64,000 nt of DNA. Source: Octopus vulgaris (taxonomy: Eukaryota). Shown piece by piece: positions 21,370 to 34,767 of the stretch; position 1 is the first letter of the stretch; each line of letters begins with the position of its first letter. The stretch lies in contig OX597815.1 in NCBI GenBank assembly GCA_951406725.2, positions 72,106,001 through 72,170,000 of the forward strand, given 5' to 3'. The notes under the pieces are model-generated. The model did not search any database. It was not told the origin of the DNA and saw only the letters and a list, made by a program, of their open reading frames with translations. A program made the position numbers and the translations under genes.

Positions 21370-23659
21370 TAAATAAACAAGAGAGCAGGGACATGTTGAT
21401 TAATCAACTGATCATCAACAAGTGAAATTTCTAATCAGTATAACCAACATTTAAGAAATGTAATGTGGGTGGGACTAGAATCTGTCGATCACGAGAATAG
21501 TTGAAATAAAAGAATAATTAAGAGACGGTAGCAGCGGTGATGGAGGCAGTATTTAGCCTAATATCAACTCGTGTCGAAAAGATTTATGATCAAAGGTATT
21601 CCAGTCACGACCACCATGTCTTTTTTGAGGGTATCCATAGACTAGAATATCTAGTGCGTTCTTTCTATTTTCAACACAGTAGATTAAATTTTAGAAGAGA
21701 TTCGGTTACTATTTCTAGCAGGTCGAGCAACCATGAAGAAGGTCCAACAGTTGTTGTCGGCAGAGGGTTGTTGTTGTTTAGTCCCAGGCAGTAATCATAA
21801 AGCAGATCTACGATCAAGGGCGTTCCAGTCCAGACAATCTTATCTTTTATTTAAGCATAGTTTATCTCTTTTGAGTTTCATTGGAAAGACAACAGTTAGG
21901 TGCTCAACCCCAACAGTAAACTGGAGTCGAAGAGAATTCGGGAACTACCGACCTTATATATTTCAAAGAGAGCTGTGACGTAGCCTGGGCTGCCTGCGCT
22001 CGGAGCAAGGCAATTATTACGAGAAGGGGCACAACTTCTACTTATTTATTTATTTATTTATTTATTACTACTCTATTTTTTCACAATGGCAGACATATTT
22101 ATTCTTAATATGGTCCAGTTGATTCGAACGTGAATGTGCTAATTGCTGTCGTATTTCGTTACTAGGGAACAATTCCTTTCAGGCGAATATGTGTTCATAG
22201 CACACTCGATTCACGAGCGTAAGCGGATTTTGGAACATCCGGTATTTTGACATAGTTGCGTCTCCTCAATGAAAGTTACACCTAACTAATAAATCTAACC
22301 AGAGTTTTTAGCTCTTGCTTATAGTATTCAGCAAATTATTTGCTGATGTCTGCCAAACCATAATAAACCGTCAAATGCAGGGTAGATTGTAAGAATCTAA
22401 AAAAATGACAAAAATATTAATTCTAAATACGTTGTGGCAGATTCGAACATGAAAATGCTAATCGCTATTGTATATCTGTGAATACGAATGTCAACATTCT
22501 GATTTTCGCTATTCATCATACATATGATTTCTTCATTTGAAATTTTGTGCCTGTAAGAACTCAGCATCCAGGGCAACTTGCCCCAGTGGATCCGACCACG
22601 CCACACCACTAGAAGAGAACAAGACGATGCAAAGAATGGATAAGAACGATGACTGTGTATTGGGTATGAGGACGAGAATATTCATTTATTCAATATCTAA
22701 GATTACATTATCAGACATAACTCCTTTAATATGTTCTTCCGTTTTTCAGACAGTAGGTTTGTGATATGTGGAAGATTTGGCTGATATTTTTAGCAGGTCC
22801 TCTGACCACATCGGGATTCGCTCGTTAATCGTGGTCGGATGGTTACGGTAGGAGTGGCGAGCGAGTTGGATGTGACACGAGATTTTGATGATGATTGTGA
22901 TGGTAACGGTGTCGATGATAACAGCGCCGGTAGCGGTGGCGGTGGCGTTAACGGTTGTGGTGAAGATTGTGTTTGCGGTGGCAGCAGCAATAGTTGTAGC
23001 CATGAACGTTTGCGATTTTGGAGATGCCTTTGAAATGATAATCTATCGTCATCATTATCATTATCCTCATCTTCATCAGTAGTAACACACCACCACCACC
23101 ACCACAACAACCATCACTACCACCACCACTATCACAACTATGACTATAACCACCAACCATTATCATCATCATCATCAACAATAGCAACACCATCTACTCC
23201 ACCACCTACATCACCATAATCATTATCTTTTCCTATTACCACTACCATCAGCCTTACCACGACAACCACGAATCATCACTACCACCACCACCACCACCTT
23301 AGTTTCCCTAACTCACACTATCATCATCATCTTCATCATCATCATCACATTTATCATCGTCGTCGTCGTCATTAAGATGTGCCCTCCCTTCTCACCGGCC
23401 ACCCGGATTATTGATTCAGCTGAAAGTGCTCAGTAAACAGTGGGGTTGGGGTAGATACCGTTTCTCGTAAATTGTTTCTAAGCAATTAAAAATGGTAAGA
23501 ATCACAAAAGAGAGATGACAGCGGTGGTAGGATGTGTTGATGGAGGGGGGATTCTGAAAGGAGAGGAGGGCGAGGTGACAGCTGATGGGAGAGCAGTGGG
23601 TCCTACAGGTGAAGCGTTGGTGGCTGATATGTAAACTAAGGATTAGTGTTAATCTTCAA

Positions 23660-23715
<56 letters not shown>

Positions 23716-23789
23716 TAATAATAATAATGAAATAATGATAGATTCAAGGCCAACAAGTTCAGGGGTGGGCTAAGTCGATTACATTGGCT

Positions 23790-24407
23790 CCAGAGTTCAA
23801 AGTCAAGAAGACACGACAGCATTACCAGGTTAGTCATTGGAAGTTCTGTCATAAGTCGTAAGTTGTCATAAGTTCTGTCATGAGCAGAAGTGAGAAATGG
23901 TAAGAACACCAGCCGAAAAGGGTCGCTGAAAACGAACAATTTAAGATGTTGTGAGCTATAACCATCCAGTGTGATCATTTCATTGTGGTTAGAAAATCCG
24001 ACATTGTTATCGTAGAGTTGAGAAGAGCAAAGCAGTTACTGTGGATATTGCTTCACCCTGGAGCACAGGCTGAATAAGAAAGAAAGTGAGAAACTGAAGA
24101 AATATCAAGAGCTAAAGTGGGGAATCAGGAACCTATGGAGAATCAAGCACGTAGAAATGTTGCCGATTGTAGTTGGTGCATTCGGAGCAGTTAGTAAGAG
24201 GTTTGATGCATGGCTTGAGGAGCTAGGGATTATTACCAGAACGGGGATGATGCAAAAAATAGCCTTTTTAGGAACATCAAAGATTCTAAGGATAATGTTA
24301 GAAAGTTGAAGGAGAAAGAATGACCCAAAGGACCTTTGACCATAGGATTTGGCTCGCTCTTTTGGTAAAGTGTCGGTATAACATCTGTCAGAGCAAAAGC
24401 GTCACGG

Positions 24408-24408
<1 letters not shown>
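23790..24408 (+). mobile_element. R4/Dong-type LINE 3' fragment (restriction-like endonuclease and 3' UTR), second family
   Basis: Reads RRHD...HWKFC, SDIVIV...VDIASPWE...EKLKKYQELK...PIVVGAFG...QKIAFLGTSKILR and ends directly in (TAA)n. Confidence 0.85.
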
Positions 24409-24474
<66 letters not shown>

Positions 24475-24476
24475 CA

Positions 24477-24553
<77 letters not shown>

Positions 24554-24554
24554 T

Positions 24555-26125
24555 TATTCTTTTTATTGGCCACAAGGGCGAAGGATGAGGGGACAATACA
24601 AAGACAGACATAAAGTGTGGGGATTTTACATATAATGGAATGATAAAATAAAAAGTATACACGGTATACATTAAAAGATGGGAAGTATACAAAGTAAATG
24701 ACACTAGAAAAAATTGGGGGAAAAGTGATAATGATGGTGTCTCCCTGATATAGGAGGACCTCTAGTGATAATCAAGGAGCCCCACCATCAAAGTTCACCC
24801 TGGATACCAAGGACGAGAGCCCTTTCCAACTTCTTTCTTCCGACTCACAAGGTCTACATTTTTGCAACTTTCACCCACCTTTCAATAAATTCACTCAAGG
24901 ACAGTACCTCCCTCTCTACCCTCACTTTCCTTTTCAAGTGAAACTGGAAAAAGTCGATGAGGGCTTTACCAAAGAGGAATGTTTCTGTCCTCATTCCTTT
25001 CAGCCTCGCCCAGCAGATAACCTCTTTCGCTACAGCCACCAGACAAAGGAAAACTGCCTTGCCAGCCCAATTAAAGGAGGGCGACAAGGCAATCATCATT
25101 ATGGACTCGGTTGACAGACGGATTTGTCCTACACGCGACAGTAGCTGTTCGACATAATTCCACAAGTCAGCAATGCCCGGAAACGGAACGAGTGCATGCA
25201 GAACGGTTTCGTCGCTCTGTGAGCACCTCGGACAAGCCCGTCTGACAGCACGTCCGAACCTGTAGAGTTTATCTCGAAACGGCAGCGCCCTCCAGTAGCA
25301 CTGCCAGGCCAAAGACATCTGAAAATTATCCATAACAGTCCCCGACGGGAAGTCCTCCAGAAAAGACTTGCCAATTCATCTTTGTCGACGCCCAGAGTCT
25401 CGCCGAGGACACCATCGAACTTCCCCGCTACTAATCCTCAGTAAATATTTAAAGTGGAACATCCATCGATCCTATTGCCTGTAGAGGACAGTGAGCGCTT
25501 GACGACATTCTAAGTGCCAGGCGCCTAATATCGGCCTATTCTTTACCCAGGACTGCAGCTCCGTCACGGAGACGAGCTGCAGAAAGGCGTGTCTCACAAA
25601 CGGAACCCGCACATGTTCATCTTCTAGAAATCGCAGCCTGAGTGCGTGTCTGCGCATTAAAAGCCATGGCAGCCCTAAGCCGCCACGCAAAGGACGTTGG
25701 CAGCAAACCTTCCGCCTGACCATTGGAACGCCTCCCTTTTACAAGAAAATAAACAGGATACGCTCCAATCTAATCAAGCAGTAACTGGGGCAAGGCACAA
25801 CTGTCAGGTGATAAATAATGAGAGAGGTGATGTAGGCATTCGCCACATCAGTCCGACCTTTCAGGGAGAACTTTCTCTCTGCCCATTTCTGAGTAAGAGA
25901 GGTCATCCTGTTCGTCACCTCTTCCTAATTGATATCCACCTAGAGGTCGGGACCAAACCAGATCCCGAGAAGTTTAACCATCAGCTGGGCCCCACATATG
26001 TGCTACTACTTCGAATCAGAGTAAACCTAAGACCTAAGTGGCTGAGGAGGAGTTCTACATTCCTAAAAACACCGGGACTTCCCCTGCAGGGTCCCACTGC
26101 CGACTGTAATTTAAAGTCCTATTCA
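24555..26125 (-). mobile_element. Tx1/L1-clade LINE 3' fragment (RT C-terminus, zinc knuckle, 3' UTR)
   Basis: Reads CQRPLRGGLGLP and ALPFRDKL...CPRCSQSDETVLHAL. The 3' end AATAAAAGAATAA runs into (TTA)n. Frameshifted. Confidence 0.85.
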
Positions 26126-26193
26126 GGAGACACGCGCATGCGCGCACGCACGCACGCACACATATATTGCTTGCTTTTATGTCGCATTATATA

Positions 26194-26239
<46 letters not shown>

Positions 26240-26316
26240 TATATAAAAGCAACACAACTAAATTGAAGGATTACATAATAATTTTTTGTGAAGTTCATGT
26301 TAACTTTCAGAAGGAA

Positions 26317-26409
26317 ATACTTGACATTGACTTCGAAGTTACAACTTGCTCGGCTTCGTCAAGCAGTCTGATAAAGGAGAGCAGGCCGAAACTTCAAAGT
26401 CACTGTCAA
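26317..26409. ncRNA. Back-to-back pair of type I hammerhead motifs
   Basis: Plus strand 26364-26405: CAGT CTGATAA AGG..CC GAAAC TTCAAA GTC ACTG. Minus strand: TTGACGA AGC..GTT GTAAC TTCGAA GTC AATG (more degenerate). Confidence 0.65.
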
Positions 26410-26459
26410 TGTTTTTTCCCTTCAAAAAGTGTATGTATGTATGTATATACACATACACA

Positions 26460-26510
<51 letters not shown>

Positions 26511-26720
26511 ACACAGTTGCACACGCACACATATATACAGGAATATATATACGTGTGTATGTTCATAAGTTCTTCGCATTTTGGTATTTACTATATATAT
26601 ATATATATATAGGATATATATGTATATACACACACACACGCATATAGACATACATACATACAGACACACACACACGCATGTGTGTGTGTCTACATACATA
26701 TACTTTTACAAGGACAAGAC

Positions 26721-26812
26721 TGATAGTGACTTTGAAGTTTCGGCCTGCTCACCTACATCAGGCTGTCTGATGAAGGTGCGCGATTTGAATCCTTGAAGTC
26801 ACTATCAAGTAT
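26721..26812. ncRNA. Second back-to-back hammerhead pair, inverted copy of 26317-26409
   Basis: Minus strand: CTGATGT AGG TGAGCAGG CC GAAAC TTCAAA GTC ACTA. Plus strand: CTGATGA AGG..TTT GAAT CCTTGAA GTC ACTA. Confidence 0.65.
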
Positions 26813-26906
26813 CATCATCATCATCATCATCACTGTCATCATCAGCATTATCATCATTTAACATCTGTTTTTCATGCTGGCATGGGTTGGCCAGTATTTG
26901 TATACC

Positions 26907-27135
26907 AGGCGGCGAGCTGGTAGAAACGTTAGCATGCCGGGCGAAATTCGTAGCCGTATTTCGTCTGTCGTTACGTTCCGAGTTCAAATTCCGCCGAGGT
27001 CGACTTTGCCTTTCATCCTTTCGGGGTCGATAAATTAAGTACCAGTTACGCACTGGGGTCGATGTAGTCGACTTAATCCCTTTGTCCGTCCTTGTTTGTC
27101 CCCTCTGTGTTTAGCCCCTTCTGGGTAGTAAAGAA
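26907..27135 (+). mobile_element. Meta-domain-like SINE, near full-length
   Basis: Highly similar to 52740-52982 including the 3' tail. Confidence 0.9.
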
Positions 27136-27271
27136 AAAATATATATATATATATACATACATACATACATACATGCATGCATACATACATACATGCATAT
27201 ACATATACATATATATATATATATATTTACACACACACACATATACATACATACATATATACATATATATA

Positions 27272-27331
<60 letters not shown>

Positions 27332-27866
27332 ACATATATACACATATTTATATATACATACATAGGCACACACACACACACACGAACACACACACACACA
27401 CATGAACACACACACACACACATGAACACACACACATGAACACACACACACACACATGAACACACACACACACACTCAAACATCCTTCAAAGCACAAAGA
27501 AAGCGAATAACAAATACAAACAAAATTAATCCAATCATTGATAATTCTAGTAAAGATCAAAGGACGCGAGATTTACAATAGACGTTCAGTCGGAACACTC
27601 ATAACTTGTGTATTAAAGAAGTTAGACTTATTAGACGTTTAATGACCACAAATTATCAATCGACTGGAGCTTGTTGATAAGTCACAAGTTTTTCACTTCT
27701 CTCGACTACATATGGGAGATCTTACCCTATTTTATGTTTAGTATTTGGAGTACTCTACTCAAGTAGTTTTTCCGTCGGCCGTATGGCTGAAATTCATCAG
27801 CATCATTACATTCCATATGTGTGTGCGCGCGCGTGTGTGTATAAATACATATATGCAGACATACAG

Positions 27867-27899
<33 letters not shown>

Positions 27900-27943
27900 C
27901 ATACACATACATACAGACACACATATATATGTATATATGTATG

Positions 27944-28527
<584 letters not shown>

Positions 28528-28532
<5 letters not shown>

Positions 28533-29183
28533 CAATAAGATGTAACGATAAATTAATATTATATTAAATACGTTATAATATAGATGGCTAAAGCAATTAA
28601 AGACCAAAAAGGTAGAATACATAATTAAGAGTGGAAAATAGCACCTACAATTGCCGGAAATAAGAGCTAAAAAATATAACTTTAATGGCCATACGAAATC
28701 ACCAACCTCATGAGATGTTCAAAGGAACTGCGAGCGACAAGCTACATCTTTCTCGAGCGAGATAAAAACTGAATGAAGTAATTTGATAAGACCCTATCAT
28801 ATGATTTCGAAATTTAATCAGTATGGTTTCGTTTCTCCTCAGGGGAATCCACAAATTACTCCGGGTTAAAGAGATGGCTTGCTTGCTTCCCATTAGCTCA
28901 TGAAGGAAAATAACCGTTGAACAGCGAGCGTCAAAATCTAAAGCGGTTTGAGCGTATATAAACATACAATAAAATATTATAACAGTAAATCAATATGATG
29001 ATATATCAAATACGTCATAATATAGGTGGTTAAAGCAATTAAAAACCAAAAAGGTAGATCATATAATTAAGGGTGCAAAGTAGCACTTACAATTGCTAGA
29101 AATAAGAGCTAAAAATTATAACTCGAATAGCCACACAAAATCACCAACCTCATGAAATGTTCAAAGGGACTGCGAGCGGCAAA
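28528..29183 (-). mobile_element. ~1.5 units of a 442-bp hammerhead-containing direct repeat (retrozyme or Penelope pseudo-LTR-like)
   Basis: 28528-28742 recurs, diverged, at ~28964-29183. It abuts (TA)n and has a hammerhead inside the unit. Confidence 0.75.
28789..28850 (-). ncRNA. Type I hammerhead ribozyme with intact core
   Basis: GGATTCCC CTGAGGA GAAA...TTTC GAA ATCATATGAT A GGGTCT. Stem I CCC/GGG, palindromic stem III, AUA triplet. Confidence 0.75.
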
Positions 29184-29220
29184 GGACGCATAAAACCACA
29201 CACAGACACCACAGACTCAG

Positions 29221-29279
<59 letters not shown>

Positions 29280-29280
<1 letters not shown>

Positions 29281-29757
29281 TGCTGTTTAGTTAATAAGCT
29301 AGTTTTGCAACCATGGGTTCAGTCTCACTGCGTGATAGCAAAGGCAAATGTCTTATTTTAACCCTGGCCGACCAATGCGCTTTGTGAGTGAATTTAATAG
29401 ATACTTTTCCTTAACGTATATTCCATGCTTGTCCCACCGCCGCTTGACAACTGACTTTGGTTTGTTTCGGTCTGCATGAAATAGCGGTTCAGCAAAAGAG
29501 ACCCATAAAATAAGTACCTGACTTGAAAACAATGGCCACTGGGTTCGATTCGTTCGATCATTACCGCGCCGGACAAAATGCTTAGCTGCATTTCATCTGT
29601 CTTTATGTTCTGAGTTCAAATTCCGCCGATGTCGACTTTCATCCTTTCGTGGTCGATAAATTAAGTACCAGTTGAATACCAGGGTCGATATATTCGACTT
29701 GTTCTCCTCCCCAACAAAATTTCAGGCCTTGTGTTTTTATAGTAGAATGGATTATTA
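29280..29757 (+). mobile_element. Two fused degenerate SINEs (microsatellite-type then Meta-like)
   Basis: Both family cores are recognisable. Confidence 0.7.
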
Positions 29758-30979
29758 ACTTTACAAACTCTCTTTGAGAGTAAATGTATGTTATGACTAA
29801 TGAATTAATAGATTGATGAAGCAATATTCTCAGATATAAAGAGACAAAAAGAACGCATAAAACCACGAGCGAATATGAAGTGATAAGAGGCACCATGGTT
29901 TCACTAATTGTTTTATGTGTCAAAGTAGTTGCGAGCGGACACAGGCACCATCTATCCTTGACTCAGTGGAATATCAAGGATGAGGCAGCTGGAGGAAGAG
30001 AACGGGATAGCGAGAGAGGTAGAGAGAGAAGGAAAGAAAGAGAAAGATAGTGATAAAGAGGACTGCTTTATGTCTTAGCTCATTTTCAGCTGAGTAGACT
30101 GGAGCAGTATAAAATGTAATGTCCAGCTCAAGGACACAACCTAACCCAGGAATCGAACTCATGAGCTTTATGAATCGAACTCATGAGCTTTATGCCTTCA
30201 CAGTGTATAAAGTAAGTACTGTCTCAAATCCTATGATTCACAAACCCAGTTACCTGGTGTCCATGATGTACGTGTGACCCCTTGAACAGGTTCCCTGTTT
30301 ACATATAGAGTCAACTGGAGCAACGTGAACTGAAGTGTTTAGCTCAAAACCGCAACGCACAATTCAGTCCGGGAATGGAAGTCATGATCTTGCGATCGTG
30401 AGTGCAGCATCTTAGCGACTAGATCAGTGTTAAAAATGAAAGTAAATCCTGACTCAGCAAAAGAATATAAAAAGCAGAGTGACTTAAAATGCCGAGTCTA
30501 ACGAAAAGAAACATTGAGCAGAATCCGGAAAATTAGTAAGCGAGTGATAATGTCTGTGTTGTTTTAATTTTTTATTCAGGAGGAAGGGCAGAACCCAACA
30601 CCCTTTTAGAGCCACCAAGATTGGAGGGCGGTTAGAAGGAGGTTGTCGTTAAACCGGAAACTTAGGCTTAATACTTGGAAAATAATTGATTTCGTTAGAG
30701 GCATCCAAGGTTCCAGGTTGTGATGTGAAACCAGGACGACGGATTAAGTCAGCCTTGTCTACTCACCCCAAGTAGGTCAAAGTGGGATTTGAAATAAGAA
30801 CGGAGAGGACTGGAAAAAAAACGCCGCAGAGGAATCTTATCCGACGTTCTTACATTTCCGCAAATCCACCATTCTGGAGTTAGTACTTTTGTTTTACCGA
30901 CCTTCAAATTTCTGGCCCTGTGTTTTTCGTAAGAAACATTATCATTATGAGAAAATAATAAAAGCAAGTAGCTGCTTGC

Positions 30980-31497
30980 CTTTTACGTTCTGAGTTCAAA
31001 TCCCGCACAGATCAGCTTTGTCTTTCATCCTTTCGGAGTCGATAAAATAAAGTACCAGTCAATTACTGGTGTCAATGGCATTAATTAATCCATCCTCCAA
31101 ATTTCTAGCTCACATAATCTTTAGTACGTTGGACAAATTCGTTAGCAGCATTTCTTCTGGCTTTTTACGTGCAAGCTCATATTCTGCCGAAGTTGATTTG
31201 GCCTTTCACCCTCTTAGGGTCGATAAAATAAGTACCAGTTGAACACTGGGTTCGATGAAATTGACTAACCGACTCCATGCAAAATTTCAGGCCCTGAAAT
31301 AATTCAGGAATTATCGTTAGCACGCTTAACGGTATTTTGACTTCTTTTACGTTCTCAGTTCAAATTCCGCCGAGGTCGACATTGCTTTTCATCCTTTCAG
31401 AGACGATAAAATAAGTACCAGTTGATCACTGGAGTCGATGTAATTGACTTACCCCCTCTCTCGAAATTACTGGCCTTGTGCCAATATTTGAAACCAT
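30980..31497 (+). mobile_element. Tandem cluster of three Meta-domain-like SINE fragments
   Basis: The core TTTCATCCTTTCGGAGTCGATAAAAT..GTACCAGT recurs three times. Confidence 0.8.
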
Positions 31498-31936
31498 TAT
31501 TATTATTATTATTATGATAATGCCCATAAACACAAGTGGATGCCGTCTGTTGTTGTCTATATAAGCGAAGATAAAGATAAAAAGATAAAAAAATTGTGTT
31601 AGAAAAATATCATAGAGAGGACGGTCATGCTAGCCGCCGTATTGATGTTGGTAGTGAAGATGTGTTGATAGGATTGGAAGAGGAAGAGTATGCTGATGAT
31701 GACACGACGACGACGACGACAACGTCGACGATGATGATGGCGATGATGATGATGATGATGATGAGGTGGTAGTGGTGGGTGGGTAGGTGGTAGTGTTAGC
31801 GGTCTGACTTAGGAGATAACGATCTTGTGATGGTTACGATTAAAGAATCAAATAGCAGACGATACGTCATTGTCGTCTGAAAGTAAATGGAGCGCTACGT
31901 TTCTTTATATGTATAATATATATATGTATGTATGTG

Positions 31937-31984
<48 letters not shown>

Positions 31985-32011
31985 AATATACACACACATA
32001 TATCTATATAC

Positions 32012-32051
<40 letters not shown>

Positions 32052-32147
32052 TTATATATATATGTATATATATCGATATACATACACATATATATACATA
32101 TATAATATGTATGTATATGGATATATATATATATATATACATGTATT

Positions 32148-32181
<34 letters not shown>

Positions 32182-32221
32182 GATATACATACACATATTT
32201 ATACATATATAATATGTATAT

Positions 32222-32260
<39 letters not shown>

Positions 32261-32769
32261 TATTTATGTATATATGTATATATATATATATAGATATACA
32301 TACACATATATACATATATAATATGTATGTATATGTATATGCATATATATATACACACATATATCTCTCTATATATGTTTGTATGTATATGTATCTATGT
32401 AAATGTATATGCATATGAATATAGATTTACATGTGTGTGTGTGTGCGAATGTATGTGTATGTATATATTTATACATTATATGTGTGTGTATCTATGTATA
32501 TGTATATACGTGTGTGATTGTATATTTGTATCATAAACACACACACACATACTGACACTCACATATATTTACGCATGTGTGTGTGTGTGTGTGTGTATGT
32601 GTAGCTATGTACATGTATATATGCGTGTGTATGTAGATTTGTATCACACATATATATATATATACATTATATTTATGTATATGTGTATGTATGTGTATAT
32701 ACATACATGTATATATGTGTATCTAAGTATTTATATGCCTGTATGTGCGCGCGCGTATTCTTATAGTGA

Positions 32770-32808
<39 letters not shown>

Positions 32809-33617
32809 ATATTGTTCTTATCTTGGAACCGTCAGCTCTCTCATCTCTCTCTCTCTCTCTCTCTCCCTCTCAACGTTACTTAATGTCTTTCTGTCTTTTT
32901 CTCTCTCTTAAGCATTTCTCTTCCTTTCACGCTTCTGTTATTCATTCATTCAATTTCCTTCTTCCAAAATTTCCATCCATTTTAAGGGTTAGAATCCATC
33001 TTTTTTAATCTTTCGCATTATCTGCCTTGTTATTCTTTCTTTCTCCTTTAATTTCCATCTAATTCGTACCTCCTTCACTTCCAAAAGGTCTATCGTTCCA
33101 ACTCTTTCACGCTCATTCCAATATCCCATTTCCAATATCTCAATTCCTGCTCCAGTCTTTCCTTCCATATTTCCTTCTAAATTCTTCCCTTCCTTCTCCT
33201 CACCACCCCTCATTTCCTTACTCATATTTTTTCGAATTCCTCTTCCTCTTCCTCTTTATTTCCTTATTAAATAGCCTTTGATCTCTCATTCCCTCCCTCT
33301 TCCTTACTCCTACTCTCTTTTTCTTCGCCATTCTTTTTCTTTCTTTTTTTTCTCCTTTGCTTTTTTTTAATTCTGTGACCGATTTTTCTCTTCTTTACTC
33401 ATTGCCCATCTTTCTCCAACTCTCCCCCTCTTTCCCCACCTCTTTCTCCCACTCGTCTTTTTCTATAGCATTGGATTAACCAACGCCTTGTGATTAGAAA
33501 TTGGTAGAGATAGTGTGCAAAAACCTATCACACACGCGCGCACGTACGCACGCACGCACGCACGGACGCATCGTGCGTGCACGCAGCCCCCTCACACACG
33601 CACACAGTTGTAAGCTA

Positions 33618-33932
33618 GTAGAAGGCGCGTGGATAAGTGGCTTGGGTATACATCTTTCAATCGTAAGGTCGTGAGTTCGATTCCCGACTGCGCATTGTGT
33701 CCATGAGCAAGATGCTTTATTTCTCGTTGCGCCACTCCACTCAGCTGACAAAAAAGATGAGATGTACCCGTAATTCAAAGGGCTGGTCTTGTCACGCTCT
33801 GTGTCACACTGAATCTCCCTGAGACACGTTAAGGGTACGCGTGTTTATGGAGTGCACGTTAATTTCACGAGCAGGCCATTCGATTGATCAGATCAACTTT
33901 AGCCCTCGTCGTCATAAGCGGCGGAATGTCAG
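33618..33932 (+). mobile_element. Diverged tRNA-headed SINE with the GTTAAGGGTAC...CCCTCGTCGTC tail
   Basis: 3' half matches 34970-35147. Confidence 0.75.
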
Positions 33933-34767
33933 TTTAAGCTTGTAGAATAGTTAGACTGCCGAAAAAATTACTTTGTGGTATTTCTTTCGGTTTTTAACGT
34001 CCCGGGTTCAAATATGCCTTTGATCCTTCCGGGATTAATAAACTAAAATACCAACCAGTTTAGTGACGGGGTCGATGGCATCGATTAACTCCCTTCCTTT
34101 CAAAATTGCAGGCCTTGTCTCTAAACCAGAAACCAATGTTGTTGTAACGATTGTTGCCTTGCCAACTGTTTTCTTCTTTTACTTTTTACAATATTACTAT
34201 GACAACTTGTGATGTTTGAGATAATTAAGAACACAGCAGTAAATTAAAATATTCTGATATCTTTTATAACTGAGTATCATAATTCACCAACTTTATTCAA
34301 GAGGTACATAGACGCGCTTGCGCGCGCACACACACACTCTGATTCAAGATGGAAAGGACACGTTTTATTTACACCCTTTCGATTATTGAGCATGCGTATA
34401 TATTTATATTGGATAAGCTACTGTTTTGTCACACTTACGCATTCCTGATATGCATGTTGATTTGAAAGAATATAACGACGGTTCGCCGTTCGTGCTCGTG
34501 TTGATTTTTCTAAATACCTTTCTTTCGAAAATTAATATTCATTTCATTCTTTTGTATAAGCACCAAGAAATTTAATAAAAAGTTAATTTATTTTTATTGA
34601 ATGTCTGCCATATTTACTGCTATTACCCATGGTGGCAAAAGTACACTGTCAACATTGTGGATAACATTGTAGTTAATAGTATAATTCTCTATCAGCATGT
34701 TATGCTTATCTTTGAAATAATCCAGAACAAAATAAATTAGCGAGAGAACACAGTTATTGGTAGACTG

